The notes beneath the pieces were generated by a model. It made no database searches. It had not been told where the DNA came from and saw only the letters and a program-made list of their open reading frames with translations. From the NCBI GenBank assembly GCA_964016885.1, contig OZ024742.1, positions 52,080,001-52,144,000 of the forward strand: DNA of 64,000 nt, given 5' to 3'. Every line of letters begins with the position of its first letter. Within the stretch, counting starts at the first letter, position 1. The position numbers and the translations under genes were made by a program. Origin of the DNA: Eledone cirrhosa. Taxonomy: Eukaryota. Below, one piece after another: positions 1-15,290 of this stretch.

Positions 1-9
1 ATATAATTT

Positions 10-850
10 CATGATGATGATTAGCAGTAGATGAGGATGATAGTGATGCTGATGATGACGACGTTGATAATGACAATGATGGTGATGATGATGACAACGA
101 TGATGATGATGATGACGATATTAATGATGACGATGATGACGATGATGACGATGATGATGACGATGATGATGACGATAATGGTGATGGTGATGACGATGAC
201 GATGATGATGATGGTGACGATGATGGCGATGATGATGATGATGAAGATATTATTGGAGGTCAGTGATGGAGTTCTGTAGTGTTTCTGAAGACTGTTACAG
301 ATAGAGTAAGGAGTGAAAATTATTTGAAAATAATGATAACCGTGGCAAAAGTGGTACACATTGCATTTTTTAAATTTGCTTCGTCTTAGTCGATGTTGCT
401 GACGATGTTGTTGGCGTTATTTCTGTTGTTTTCTATGTGCCTCTTCTTTATTTTACAATATTCTGAATGTGTTGTAATAATAACTTTGGTGTAAACAAGA
501 TTGCCAGCAAAACAACACAATCCGTAAGGAATATTGCCAATAAATCTGATAATAATGTGGTTGGTGAAGATGATGATGATGATGATGATGATGATGAGAA
601 GAAGAAGAAGAAGAAGAAGAAGAAGAAGAAGAAGAAGAAGAAGAAGAAGAAGAAGAAGAAGAAGAAGAAGAAGAAGAAGAAGAAGAAGAAGAAGAAGAAG
701 AAGAAGAAGAAGAAGAAGAAGAAGAAAAAATACAATAAAGAGTAAAGTATTAAGTGATGTTTTGATGTTGCTGATTATGATAATAATAATAATAATAAAT
801 AAATAATAATAATAATGATAATAATAATAGTGGTGATGATGATGATTATG
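10..850. repeat. Trinucleotide microsatellite cluster: degenerate (GAT/GAC)n, (GAT)n-(GAA)n, (AAT)n
   Basis: Visible triplet runs. They explain the poly-M/D/K/R/F ORFs. Confidence 0.95.
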
Positions 851-1508
851 ATTATGATGTTGAGGAGAGGCGAAAGCGGAAAAACTTTGATCTCAAGTAC
901 CTTTTCAAACCTCATTGAAAATATATTCAAAATCTATAAGAGTTTGTACAAAAATGATAAATAAACTCAAAATGCTGCGTAGAAGATGAATCAAAAGATG
1001 AAAAAGGAAAGAAAATAAATTCATTTGGTACAGCTTTCTAGAAAACAGTGTAGACTTGGCAGTGAACCTTTACTATTTGTATATTTTAAGATTTAACCAA
1101 TTTGGAAACAAACAAATATACAAACCACTATGGGAAAATTGACTTTCAAAATGAAATCTTTCATTTAATATTTATGTATGGGTTAGTTTCTTCTTTTATG
1201 TTTCATTCTTAGCTCTTTCAGCCTTTTCAGATGTATATATTCAAGTATATCGTATGCGTACATTGGAGGACAGAAGTATATATAAACAAAATTAGCCAAG
1301 AGCGGTTAGAAGGAATCTGAAGAGGGTATTTTCGTCGCTCTAGTTCTATATATCTTTTACGTTCTTCAACATTCCCCAGTGATTTATCATTCTTATTTTT
1401 TCATGTCACTTTAAAACTCTATCATTCCCATTCCCTCTTCTCTTATAACTCTCTTTCTCTCTCTCTCCCTCTTCTCTTATAACTCTCTTCCCCCCCCCTC
1501 TCTCTCTG

Positions 1509-1541
<33 letters not shown>

Positions 1542-1761
1542 CTCTCTCTAATTGTTCTTCCGATCATAGGAGGTTATATTTTAACCCAAATCCTAGCTAT
1601 TCACCATAGCAGCTGGTTGTTTCGCTGCTATCTCCATGTTTGAGATTCCTAGAATTTTTTTGAAAATAATTTACACACTTACCGCTTCAATTCATTTCTT
1701 ATCATGTTTACACACACACACACGCCCCCCCCCCCACACACACACGCGCGCACACACCACA

Positions 1762-1846
<85 letters not shown>

Positions 1847-2181
1847 ACGTACCGGTTTTCCTTGTTGATTTTTAACACACACAACCGCAGATGTATGTGT
1901 GAAAAATCAACAGAGCAAACCGATACGAGAAAACGATACAATAAAACGATATTTTATTTTAATGCTAGATACGATAGGAAAAACTTCTTAACGTCTTTTA
2001 TCCGGTGCGCATATATGAATTTTTTATAATTATGGTCGCACGCTTTCCATTTGTTCCCTGTATAGGAGGTCATTGTGTTCATCACGTTAAACAATTTTCG
2101 TAGTATAAAACCCAGAGTTGAAGTGGCATTATTTTCAAAAATTATAATCGATAATGTTTCTAAAAGCAGATTAGACGTCTG

Positions 2182-2857
<676 letters not shown>

Positions 2858-2902
2858 TACATATATATATATATAAATGTAACGTGAGTTTTTCGAATAT
2901 TA

Positions 2903-3090
2903 ATAATTGTTTCTACTTTTGGCACAAGGCCAGCAACTACGCAGTGCATTACTGGTACTTTATTTCATCGACCCCGTGAGGATGAAAGGCAAAGTTAACT
3001 TCGGCGAGATTTGAACTCAGATCATAAAGGGCCGTAACTCTATGCTGCAAAGCATAGTGTCCGATTCTCTACCGATACTGCCAATTCACT
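2903..3090 (-). mobile_element. tRNA-type cephalopod SINE
   Basis: Reverse complement of the copy at 37813-37996 (tctgagttcaaat B-box-like motif, tttgcctttcatcc..ggggtcgat body, agtagaaacaatta tail). Confidence 0.85.
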
Positions 3091-3180
3091 GTTTGCATAA
3101 TTGCAAACAAATCGAATATTATTATTAATATTTTTCAATATTAATAATAATATTCGATTCATTTGCAATTATGCAAACAG
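3089..3180. repeat. Near-perfect palindrome (~44 bp arms)
   Basis: ctgtttgcataattgcaaa..tattaatatt / aatattaata..tttgcaattatgcaaacag. Confidence 0.9.
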
Positions 3181-3320
3181 CCTCTTTTAAACCTTGTCAG
3201 TAGAATGAGCCCCTCATGGCAAACGAATGGAATATTATTATTAATATTCGAAAAACTCAGATTACATTTATTGTATTCAGCCATGTAGAGTGATAACCTT
3301 TTGTTAGTGATATATACATG

Positions 3321-3414
<94 letters not shown>

Positions 3415-4178
3415 TGAGTGTTCTTGTGTGACCCCGTCTGCGTCTGTGTGTGTCTGTATCTGTGTTTGTATCTGTAGCAAACAATCAGGATATCACATGC
3501 ATTAACCTATGGCAAATAAACTATACTTTCTGTATAAAGAATATGTAAGGCCCATTCTCGGCATGGTTTAATTCACATGAATGTAAACTTATAGCTTGAA
3601 TGTAATTTAAGTCATTATATATTGTTGTTGATTTGATGAACTGAAATGTGCGGAAGAACTCAAGAAACGTGATATCTACTTTTACTGTAGATATACAAGT
3701 CACTCACGCGCTTCAACCTCTAGCATAACCAGTGTATCCAATGGGATTTCTCTGTTTCTAACCTATTGCCATCTCACCAACCTCTTCATTGACTAGGATA
3801 CCGGAATGCTCACTAATGTTTACTGTACAGCGTTTCAGCAGCAGTGCCAGTCACAGCACCTACTGCATCACTTTAGGTGGCCACGTGGGTAATGTTCATC
3901 TCAATCCTTAAAACTCATGACCAACAATCAGATAACCTGGACGACTTGGAACCACATGCAAATAATACCGTCCTCCTGTCTGCTAAATAAGGGATTAAAA
4001 CGAACACGAGGCAAATATAACAAACAACCAGGATCAGTGGAAATCCACCACCTCCATCAATAACAGAAAAATAATAATGAAAAAATAGATGTAAAGTGAT
4101 GCCAAGCAAAATGTATAAGGCGAAACGAAACCCTCCTCTAAATCTTCCGTGGGAAATTGGGCCTATATAATAGTTTGT

Positions 4179-5065
4179 ACCCTTGGATATCATTCCTAGT
4201 GACCCAGTATCTAATGGTAATGTTTTACGACGCCACATTTAGCTAATATCTATTTCTAGGCGGTTGTATTTACTGACAACATGCTTTGTAGCACAGAGCT
4301 ACGGCTCTTTACGTTCTGAGTTAAAATCCCGCCGAAGTTAGCTTTGCCTTTTATCGTTACGGGATCTATAAAATAAAACACCGGTAACGCACCACTGCGG
4401 TCGTTCCAATCGACTTCCCCTCCCGCCATCAAAACTGTTGGCCTTGTGCCTAAATCAGAAACCATTTTTATTCTCCATTTTTTTATGTAAGCAGGATAAT
4501 TTACTCGAAGTATGAAAATGTTTCTCACTTAGCTGACTTTACTGTGTTCAAACCACTTCAACATGATAATTAGTCTTTTCTTCAACAAAGCTGAAACTCT
4601 TATCTCGGGCAACGTTTCTCGATATAGTATTTAACACGAATATCAGAGAGTCAATTACAGTTCGAGCCGCTACTTCTCCGAATTGAGAGATCGCAGCTTC
4701 AATATTACGTACATTTTACTGGAACAATCAGCCGGTAGGAAACCCAGGGGTCGCCACGAGCAAATAGTTAAATAACATCCATGAACTCAGCTGGTCTCGC
4801 TTGGGGATCCAGTCGGATCAAATGGAGTATGTTACGTCTGGCAGAACCAATTGGAATGCTTGTTTGAGGAATCGTCCCCCATTATCTCCTAGGAATAAGT
4901 GGGTGACGAAGTAGAAGACTCCGTGTCTTCTATATGTGTGTTGCAAAGGTTAATTTTTTAAATGAGAAATAAAATCCAAGAGTAATTCATTATGGAAATT
5001 TACAAAATATATGTTGTTGATGTATACTGCAGATTCCCTGGAGAAACAGTAATTAAACTCATTTA
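4179..5065 (+). repeat. Left arm of ~0.88 kb diverged inverted duplication (contains a SINE at ~4275-4465)
   Basis: Reverse complement aligns along its length to ~7020-7903 with scattered substitutions. Confidence 0.9.
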
Positions 5066-6339
5066 CCAATATTCCTTGCTGAAGTAGGAGTATTACATAT
5101 ATAAAGAACAAATGATACTATAATAGATATATATAAACAACATAAATTCAATAACAAATTGCAATATATTTTCATTCATTCTCACTTATATATGAATTTG
5201 TGTATCACAATCATAATTGCAAATTAATATACTCGTTGAGAAATCCTTTTTTTTTTTCTGTGTGCAATGAAATAAATATATGGGGGGAAATTCCATGAAA
5301 TTTGGTATTTCACAAATATAAAGTAACATTCAAAAAGAACTATTTATCATCGGTAAACATTACTTAAGGCTATATTTGAAAATTAATGTATTACTTAGCA
5401 TAGGCCTGGGGAATTTTCACTGATATTATCAAGCATAATAACATTTTATATAGTGTTTTTAAACTCAAATAAGCTCAACATTATCACGTAGACAAAATGG
5501 CACTGTACCATCTACACAGTTTGAAAAAGGCTAATAGATAGGCATCTGGCAAATAATAAAACTAACTTTAAAAATCAATATTGGAATCTGTTTATTTAGG
5601 CTGCAAGCAAATAAAACCTCCACACACATTTTATACAGACACTCTTTAGTTGAACCAGAAGTTGTTTTTCCCGGAATATAAGTGGAGAAAGAGTTTTGGG
5701 AAATCACAAAGAAAACATTTTATTTTCAGTCAGAAACTGATTACTATTAAGGGAAATGAAGGAGTTATATATATTTGTTTCCTATAGTCATCTATATGTA
5801 TTATTTGAAATGCCTAAATACAATTGGTTTGCGTTTAAAATAACATGTTCATGTGTAATAAATTGAAACAAAATCACACTAATTCAGATGTTGGAATGTG
5901 AATAGAATATGTTAATACAAACCAACTTTTTGCATTTTCACTCGAACCACTAGGGAACCCAATGAAATGTTTACGATTTTTTTTTTTTTTTTTTTATATT
6001 TCGTTTTTGAAAAAGCAGAAATCCTCTTTAGACTGAATAGTATAGCCCTATATAAACTATGCCTGAAATAGCCATGGAATGGTCATGCCTGTAACATATT
6101 TGATATCTTATTTAGAGAACTGTGACTATCCTGGGGCTAAACATAAACACGTATAATAGCCGTAGTCTACATATCTAACTCCTAATATAGTGCCGCATGA
6201 ACAGTAAAGTTGGCGGGTCTTTATCTGTTAATTCACCCATATCATTATACACGGCAAACAGTAACGTGAGATTTCTGAGAGATTTTGGCAGCTGTTTCTA
6301 GTAGTTCGACTGATCATATATATGCCCTCGTATTAGATC

Positions 6340-8670
6340 GAGCTGAAGGTGGACAGGATAGCATTGTGAGATGTCTTATGGGAGCCCAGTGTTAGAAAGA
6401 GGGTGGAAATTCCTCACTATGCCTGGGATGCTGCTGATATGAAATCAGATTCGTCATATCAAAGTGGAGTTCACATAACTACAGCCGGACCGGATGAAAT
6501 CGCTCCCGGGGTTTGGAAGACTGGAAAGTTTTGTTAGCCTCCTACGACTCTGCCACGCTGTTTAACATCGAGGCTGTATTGATAAATGGACAAAAGGATG
6601 CTTCCTTCCAAAGAAAGCCGACCTGGGTAGCACAAATAATTATAGAAGAATTACTCTTACGGCTATAGCCCCCAAGGTTTGAATACAAGGCAACTCAAAA
6701 GAAAATGTCCTGTAGTCAAAAAGGTATTTAGGAAGAACTTTAATTGCTTTTGCAAGAATATATCTACACCAATCCCAGATTTTGTCAGTTCGGTGTATCC
6801 TAGAATGAGTTCGAAATAGAAATCTCTAAACTGTTTATATTTATCGACCTCACGATGGCTTACGACTCTGTACCCATAAACAAAATGGAAGAAATGCTTT
6901 CTGCATATAGCATACCAAATGAAACTGGGAGCACAATAATGATGCTATACAAAGCTACGATCTCCAGATGGCGACACAGATTATTTCAATATCATCGCTG
7001 GCATTCTGCAGTGCGATAATGAGTTTAATTACTGTTTCTCCGGGAATCTGTTGTATACATCAAGAACATAAATTCTGTAAATTTCCATAATGAATTCTCG
7101 TTGGATTTTAGTTCTCATTTAAAATATTAACCTTTGCAACACACACTTAGAAGACACGGAGTCTTCTACTTCGTCAGCCACTTATTCCTGGGACGGTCAT
7201 AGAGGTAGATTCCTCTAGCAAGCATTCCAGTTAGTTCTGTTAAATTTAACCTACTCCATTGATCCAGCTGGATCCCCAAGTGAGACCAGCCGAGTTCATG
7301 GATGTTATTTAACTCTTTGCTCAGAGTTACCCCTGGGTTTCCTGTCGGCTGATTGTTCCTGTAAAATCTGTCCAGAGATTCTTTCCAGAGACATGCTAAC
7401 AGCATTTATGTAATATTGAAGCTGTGATCTCTCAATTCGGAGAAGTAGCGGCTCGAACAGTAATTGACTCACTGATATTCGTGTTAGATACTATATCGAG
7501 AAACGTTGCCCGAGATAAGACATTCCGCTTTGTTGAGGAAAAGAATAACTATCATGTTGAAGTGGTTTGAACACAGTAAAGTCAGCTAACTGGGAAACAT
7601 TTTCATACTTCGAGCAAATTATCCTGCTTACATAACAAAATGGAGAATAATAATGGTTTCTGATTTAGGCACAATGCCAACAATTTTGGGGTGTAGAGGA
7701 AGTTGATTGAATCGACCCCACTGCGTTACTGGTGCTTTATTTTATCGACCCTCTTAGGATCAAAGGCAAAGCTAACTTCGGCGTGATTTGAACTCAGAAC
7801 GAAAAGGACCGTAGCTCTATACTGCAAAGTATGTTGTCAGTAAATACAACGTCGCAAAACATTACCAATAGATATTGGGACACTAAGAATGATATCCAAG
7901 GGTCTTTTTATATTCATAATCTGCCTAGATTTCGTACTTCGAAACCAGTGAGAAGCATTCACTATCTGGCCGAGACCATGGCCGACACCGTCTAGGCAGA
8001 TGACCTTGCAATAATATCGGATACACTACACAAATCAGAATCCCGGCTACACAATTTGAAGTAGGAGCATGTAGTATTGGAATCGGTGTAAATGTGGGCA
8101 AAGCTGAATATATATGTTTCAATCAGGACAGCACAATAAACCCAATAGTCAGTAAACCTCTGAAATAATTACCTGTGCATCTACCTTGGAAGCAAGATCA
8201 CGAAACAAGGTTTCACTGAAAGTGACATAAACACAAGCATTGGCAAAGCTTGTGTTATCTTGGATAAGCGGACAACAATTTGGAAATCGAAGATCCCATA
8301 TGCATAAAATCTAAATCATTCTAAGGTGGGAGAAGTAATTAGATGGCACATACAAAAGGCCGCGTTAAACATAGCCTGGAACCAGCATCCTACAAAAAGG
8401 CAATTTTATGGCTACCTACCTGCAATCTCTCATACCAATTGAGATACGAAATTGATACGCGAGATACAGTTAGAGAGCAACAAATTAATTTGTTAGCGAT
8501 GTGCTGGTGTGCACACCAAGTCAATTTACAGTGCGGGACTTCACAGAACCCACATCAAACAGTTATGTGAGGATATTGAGTGCATTCCGGAGGACATACC
8601 ACATGCAATGGATGCGTGAATCAGGTGAAGAATGATATTCAGGGAGATCCGTGCAACCGACACGCCACGA
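6340..8670 (+). mobile_element. Degraded RTE-clade LINE (RT to 3' end), split by an insertion at ~7020-7903
   Basis: Frameshifted motifs AGPDEI, FIDLTMAYDSV, SPDGDTDYFNIIAGILQ before the break, then FIICLDFVLR, ADDLAI, YLGS after it. Confidence 0.8.
7020..7903 (-). repeat. Right arm of ~0.88 kb inverted duplication, interrupting an RTE LINE
   Basis: Reverse complement of 4179-5065. It sits between two colinear halves of an RT. Confidence 0.9.
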
Positions 8671-9426
8671 TGATCGTGGTGTCTTTCCTAGTTTCTAAAC
8701 TTGTTAAAAATAACTAAGGATATCCTGCTTAGGCAAACCTATAACAGATATATCATCAGTGACAAGTTGCATACATATTGCATGGGTCCTTAAATCCGGG
8801 TGAGTTGGGGGCACAGTAGTGTCATAGGTGCGTTTTAGCCATGTTAAACCCGGCATCGACCATCCACTTTGTAATCTGAATACGGCCGATCACTTCGAAA
8901 GAAAAAGATAATGAGTTGTTGCTGACTGATAAAAAGGAAGTAAAAATGATATATAGTGGGAAATCAAAACTAGTAATGCACTGGTATTTGTTATTGACCT
9001 TTAACATTCTCGAGAAGACTCAATATGACACAGTGTGCGCCAGACGCAGTTCATCCGGCAGTTTTCAATTGAGATTCCATCTACTTACATTCAATCACTA
9101 GGAATCGTTCAACCGGAGGTTATGTTAAATGATACTTGTTCAACATAGCATGCAGTGGGATCGAACTCAGGAAATAACTACATGTAAACGGCACGCTGGT
9201 GCAAAATGATTCCCCGTCACATGACAAGGTTATATGTATTGCGTGTCTTGAGCTTATGACAATGACATACAATTCATTGCCTTCGTCAGATACTCCTCTG
9301 GCTGATTTCCCTCCTCTTCAATACTCTCTCTCTCTCTATCTATATTTCTCTCTCTCTTTCTATCCTTCTCTCTCTCCCCTTCTCTCTCCCTCCCTCTCTC
9401 CCTCTCCCTCTCTCTCTCTCTCTTTG

Positions 9427-9466
<40 letters not shown>

Positions 9467-10073
9467 CATATGTATAACTGTCCCTCTCGCTCTGTCTTAT
9501 ACGCACACGCACACACACAGAGGCACACACGCACACTTTCACACATACATTCACACACATACACACACACATACACGCACACACACACAAAAAGAAACAT
9601 ATTACATACTCTTATCAGCCAGTGAGGTAGATCTCACCACAATTGCTCACTATGCTATTAATAGTAGAAATATTTATTTTATATCTTATTATATATCCTT
9701 TAAAAAAACTAAAGGAAACACAGGATACAATGCAGTTCTATATAACCTTCTGACGAATCGAAATGTGTGATGTTCACAGCTGGAATGTCCTCGATTATAG
9801 TTCAGATCGGTTACAGTTGACCTTGAGGCTAAATACGGTTTATGTATATCTTAGGTGTGATATGAATATTTATATGGGAATGTTCTATCTGATATGACAT
9901 TTCGTTATTCGTGTGCGTCTCCTTTTCCACATGTGTATGTATGTGTATGTGTATGTCTGTGTATCTGCATGTATGCATGTGTGTATATATCTGTGTATGT
10001 GCGTATGTGTGTATGTGCATATATGTATATATCTGTGTATGTGCACATGTGTGTATGTGCAAGTATGCATATA

Positions 10074-10174
<101 letters not shown>

Positions 10175-10810
10175 ATTTATTTATGCGTGTCGTTGTTATA
10201 TATATACATATGCGTATATGCGTATGTGTAAGAGAAAGACGGATAGGGCCAAGAGACTTTGTATAAAAGGAATACATAATTTATGAAATCAACGAACAAA
10301 TTACATTATTTAATGGCCGATTGCCAGTGAAAAAATATCACTTCCAACGAGATCATTAGAGTTAAGTAGCATCAGCCTTTGTGACTACTTAGACAGCTGA
10401 ATAGTAGAGAAGTTAATATATCACAGGAAATCGTAGCCACATGATATATAAAATGAAAGACATTCTGCATCAACATCACCGCGTACACAAAATCATTGAA
10501 TGGTAACTGGAAAAACGTTTCTTGACATTTGAAATGTGTCAGAATATCTAGCAAGGAAATTAAAAGAAATCTCATTCTTATCAATTCTCACCTTTTCTAT
10601 CTCTTTTTATCTTTTTATTAATCTGTTCCTCACGTTCACGTCATTTTTTTAGCAACTTGTACATGTATGTATGTATGTATGTATGTATGTATGTATGTAT
10701 GTATGTATGTATGTATGTATGTATGTATGTATGTATGTATGTATGTATTTATGTATGTATGTATGTATGTATTTATGTATATATGTATGTACGCGTGTAT
10801 ATATGCATGT

Positions 10811-10917
<107 letters not shown>

Positions 10918-10948
10918 CATATATATACATATATATACATATATATAC

Positions 10949-11007
<59 letters not shown>

Positions 11008-11197
11008 GTTATATGTGTGTATATATATATATAATCATATATATATATATATCATATATATACATATTTATATTTATATATATATATATATGTGTATGTG
11101 TGTGTAACTCTCCCTCTATCTTGCTCTCTCATGTGCATATCTATATAGACACACAGACACGCGCCCGCACACACACACACCCACACACACACACGCA

Positions 11198-11234
<37 letters not shown>

Positions 11235-11504
11235 CACACACAAATAATGCATTATAACAACGATACATGGGATAGTGGCGAGAGGAGAGAGAAAAGATGA
11301 AAGGGAGAAAGAAACAGAAAATAAGAGGAAAGCGAGAAAAGAGAATTCAAAGAAAAAGATGGAGACTGGGTCTGAGTTAGCCTGCCATGCCACGGCGAAC
11401 ACATAGAAAAGCGTCTAAAAAAATTCGTTGGGTGGTCAGATCGGGGACTCAGGATGATGTCTGAGGCCCGTGGCGGACATTGCTACCACAAAATTAGTGA
11501 AAAA

Positions 11505-11555
<51 letters not shown>

Positions 11556-11559
<4 letters not shown>

Positions 11560-11705
11560 GTGACAACTAAAATCCAAAGAGGGCTCGATAAGAATAAATA
11601 TATATCAAATATATAAGAACATAGAGCAAATATTTATTAAAATAACCCGTTAAGGGTGAAAGCAGCGATTCTTTGCTTAAACTCTAATCTGTTATTTTAA
11701 TAAAT
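11556..11705. mobile_element. Short fold-back remnant of the CAGAAGA-HHR element family
   Basis: Shares the aaatccaaagagggctcgat tail and cccgttaagggtgaaagcagcg.. with 18207-18829 and 39283-40200. Confidence 0.8.
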
Positions 11706-12435
11706 ATATATATGCTCTGTCCTACTCTGTCCTTCTTCCTAACCCCTCTCACAAACCTTCGTCTATCTCTCTCTAATTTATTTCTTTTCCATCCAATTAT
11801 CTTGCACTCCTTCATAGTTTCCCCTCGCTTTCTCTCTCTTTCTCTCACGACCTCTGTCTCCCTCTGCTACTCGTTATTTTCCCACCCACCACCACTTCTC
11901 CCACTCCATTCCTTAATTCTAAATCGGTGATAATCGAAATCTTTCTCTAAATAATCAAACTAATCGAAAGTTTTTATTCATCTCTACACCGGTTTTCATT
12001 ATGTGGATAGAAATTAACAAATATAAAATACTTGACACGAAGGAAATTCACTGAGACACACACACAAATGGACAGTATAATATGTATGTTAAAATATATA
12101 ACCTGAGTCTTTATTCTCATATTAAATTGTAAAATATGTTATCAATAAAATATTGAAATATAATTAAATGGCAAATATTATGGCAGAATTAGCCATCAAT
12201 TGTGAAGATTAAACATTTAAATTTTGTTTCTATCCTTCAGCTTCTTTGAGTTGCATTATTTATCATACGAGAGAACATTGGTCTAGCCAATAAAATTATT
12301 TATATACCTACAAGCGATGTACTAAATATTATTTCTCCATCGTAGTAAATAATTAAACATACACTTACATACTCTCAATCACACACTCACAGTCACACAC
12401 ACACACACACACACACACGCACGCACACACACACA

Positions 12436-12512
<77 letters not shown>

Positions 12513-12524
12513 CTCTCCCTGTTA

Positions 12525-12585
<61 letters not shown>

Positions 12586-12589
12586 ATAT

Positions 12590-12640
12590 AGATGAGATTC
12601 TACAGGACTAGAACTGTTTCATTCATTAGAAATCATCAGA
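12590..12640 (-). ncRNA. Hammerhead fragment (same family as 42941-42991), truncated just 5' of CTGATGA, in (TA)n
   Basis: Minus strand reads CTGATGA-TTTC-TAAT-GAAT-GAAACAG-TTCTAGTC-CTGTA^GAATCT. The 5' strand of stem I is missing. Confidence 0.8.
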
Positions 12641-13859
12641 TATATATATATATATAAAATAAGTAAGTCAAACATGTTAAATTTGGCTTCGTTTATAGTA
12701 AATTCTCTGCTATATACATTTCAGTGACAGCTATTATTGGCTGTGATCTCATAAGGCAGTATGAATTAATGTAAAATAACAGGTAAACATGTTGTTCAAA
12801 TGTGTTCCACTATGTCAGTTCATCGATATCTCCAGCTCCTGGGTGTGTTGTTAGACCTCCGAGGAACTGGAATCATATGGTATAGAATTTCAGCATCAGA
12901 GAACACGCTCATACCCCATTGGTCAGTTGTCATACCATTCCCCAGCCGAAATCTATAGAAATTATCCAGAGACAGGCCAGCTTGTTATATTTCTTTTTAT
13001 CAGAATATTTAAGTCCAGCTGACCTCCCTTACTGTGGTGTAAGTGGGAGTGACGTGAAGAGGTAAGCCAGCAGGTCAACCTTAGTAGGCTGCTGCTATGA
13101 TCGGAAGAATTTATGCATGTAGACTGGCATCTATCCTGCCACCACTTAACGTGGCGGGGGATGCCAAACAAAAAATGCGTGTGCGTTACAACCAATAAAG
13201 ATAAAAAATAAAAAAAATTTAGAAAAATATAAAATGAAATAAAAAACCTGTGTGTCATAATCCAGAAGTGTAAAGAATTACAATTCTTATTTTAGGATAG
13301 AGTACATACGTGTAATTGTCCGTCAACGCACACCATTGCACGTGCTCACGTATAAACACAGGTTCGGGTGCATTTACCTATTTACGGGCACACAGTCCAC
13401 AAAAGATGGGTGCGTTTTAAAACAAATGAAGTAAAAGTGGAGTAAAAAATAAATAAAAAAAAACCTGTCAAAATCCAGAAGTGTAAAGGATTACAATTCT
13501 TATTTCAGCATAAAGTACATATGCGTATATGTTCGCTAACGCTCACCGCTGCACGTACACACGTACAAACACAGGCTCAGGTGCATTCCCATATTACGTC
13601 CACACAGTCACACACACGCATACGTGCACGTATACACATAATTCCATATACGCCCACATGTGCATATACCCACACGGACACAGGATCAAAGTCGCCTTGA
13701 GTGGTGGGGAAAGGGCTAAGTAGTAGTAATAGGCGCGTCCTATTTACTTGCGGTATTTAACACTGACTCAGGCGTGCGAAGGGGATCGGGTTCGAGGCAG
13801 GATATCCTCCGATCACAAGCCGAGGTTGGGCGTTGAGGCCCGCTGGTTGGAAACTTAGG

Positions 13860-15290
13860 GTGCCTGTTTGCACACAGGATTGGACTCCGCCAATGTACCT
13901 CGTCTCTTTATATCATCTCGTGTCAGCTAACTTGAGTTCTGGTTAAGGAAGTGAGAGAGAGGGGTTGACCACAGTAGAGTGAGGCATGGTTTTAGCTGCT
14001 AGGTAGGTGTGTTGCTATAGGTGCTAATCGAGGCGCGAGTTAAGGTGGGGATAGATGTGGATGTAGGGGGTAGTTTTGGTGTACGTTGGGCTCGATGTGA
14101 CGGGGCTGCTGCCCCTATAGCTTGAGGGAAGTTCCCATGTTAATGGGTTGTTATCCAGGGTCCTGTCCAGCTTGAGCTTCCAGATCAGTTCGGAAAGAGC
14201 CGTACTTTTTCATTTGCCCTCCCTATTAAAGGAATTGCGATGGTTATACCATCTGTCTTTGAAGCTCGTTGATGTTGGTCCTTTATAAAGCTACTCTGAG
14301 TTGGGGGTTTTTACTCTACATCCGTATACTAACTTCTTCGTTAAGCATTCATTACGAAGGGGGCATAATATGGGGGTTCTATAATTGCAGGAGGTAATCG
14401 ACCCCTGAATGCCTATTGTTCCCGTTGCATAGTATGGGCTCGTCTGCCCCTGGGCCAGGTGGAGGGTCCCTGGGTGTGTTTGGGTTCCCAGGGTGGGTTC
14501 CGCGTCTACCATTCCTACCCTCCAGATGGCTCTGCGGGGTGCCTATAGTGTCAGCTGCTGGCTATGTGTAGTTTCTAAGTCTACTCCTATTGATGCTAGC
14601 TATCTGCTGGGTTACGTTGCGCGTGGTAGAATACGAGAGCTTCTCCATATGTCTGTTGAAGATCTTGTGGTATCAGTGGTTCCTCCGGAAGCATTTATTT
14701 AGTGCCCTAAAGAATGACCGGGCCAGGTTGGTCTTCAGGCCGGCTGATCAGGGTGGGGTGTATCACGTAATTTTTCTTAGTCTATTCCTATGTTGGTGGG
14801 TTGAGCGTGCTGTGGGTCATTGGGGTGTGTTGGAGTGCTACTGGTTTCCGAGTTGTTGCTGCTCCTTTGGCCGCTATGGGTTTTGCTAGGTTCTTGGTCC
14901 GTACCTGTGGGATGGTGTGTGCCCACGCCGGGAGTTCTACACTGGGAAGATCCCCATCAGTCCCGGTTCGTGTCTTGCGTTTGGGGGCGTCGGGCCCGGG
15001 GTGGTTAATATCACTCCTGAGACCGCCTCCCGTATTGGTTTTCCTCCCATGGCTAGGCGTACGCGTCCTTTTCGCTAATGTGGTAGTGCCGCGTTCATGG
15101 GGTTTAGGGGCTTCCACTCTACCTTCACTGTTAGGGTTTGCTCCCTCCCGGATACCGTGGGTCGAGAGACCCGATGGGTTATCTCTATCATGGTGCCTCG
15201 CGTTCTAAAATATAGTTTGGCCATAGGCCGCCTTATTTAGAGCTGCATTATAATATTCTGCGTTGCTATCGAAGATCTCCTTATTAGCGG
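13860..15290 (-). pseudogene. PLE RT-thumb/linker/GIY-YIG ORF remnant
   Basis: SANKEIFDSNAEYYNAALNK, RNRLRKIT*YTPP, SCNYRTPILCPLRNECL..VYGC and TSTSFKDRWYNHRNSF are colinear with the 52660-54558 protein. Confidence 0.88.

Noticed and set aside
7470-7515. CTGATAT..GAAACGTT as a hammerhead in the 0.88 kb inverted duplication
   Set aside because: The core deviates in both copies and there is no stem I.
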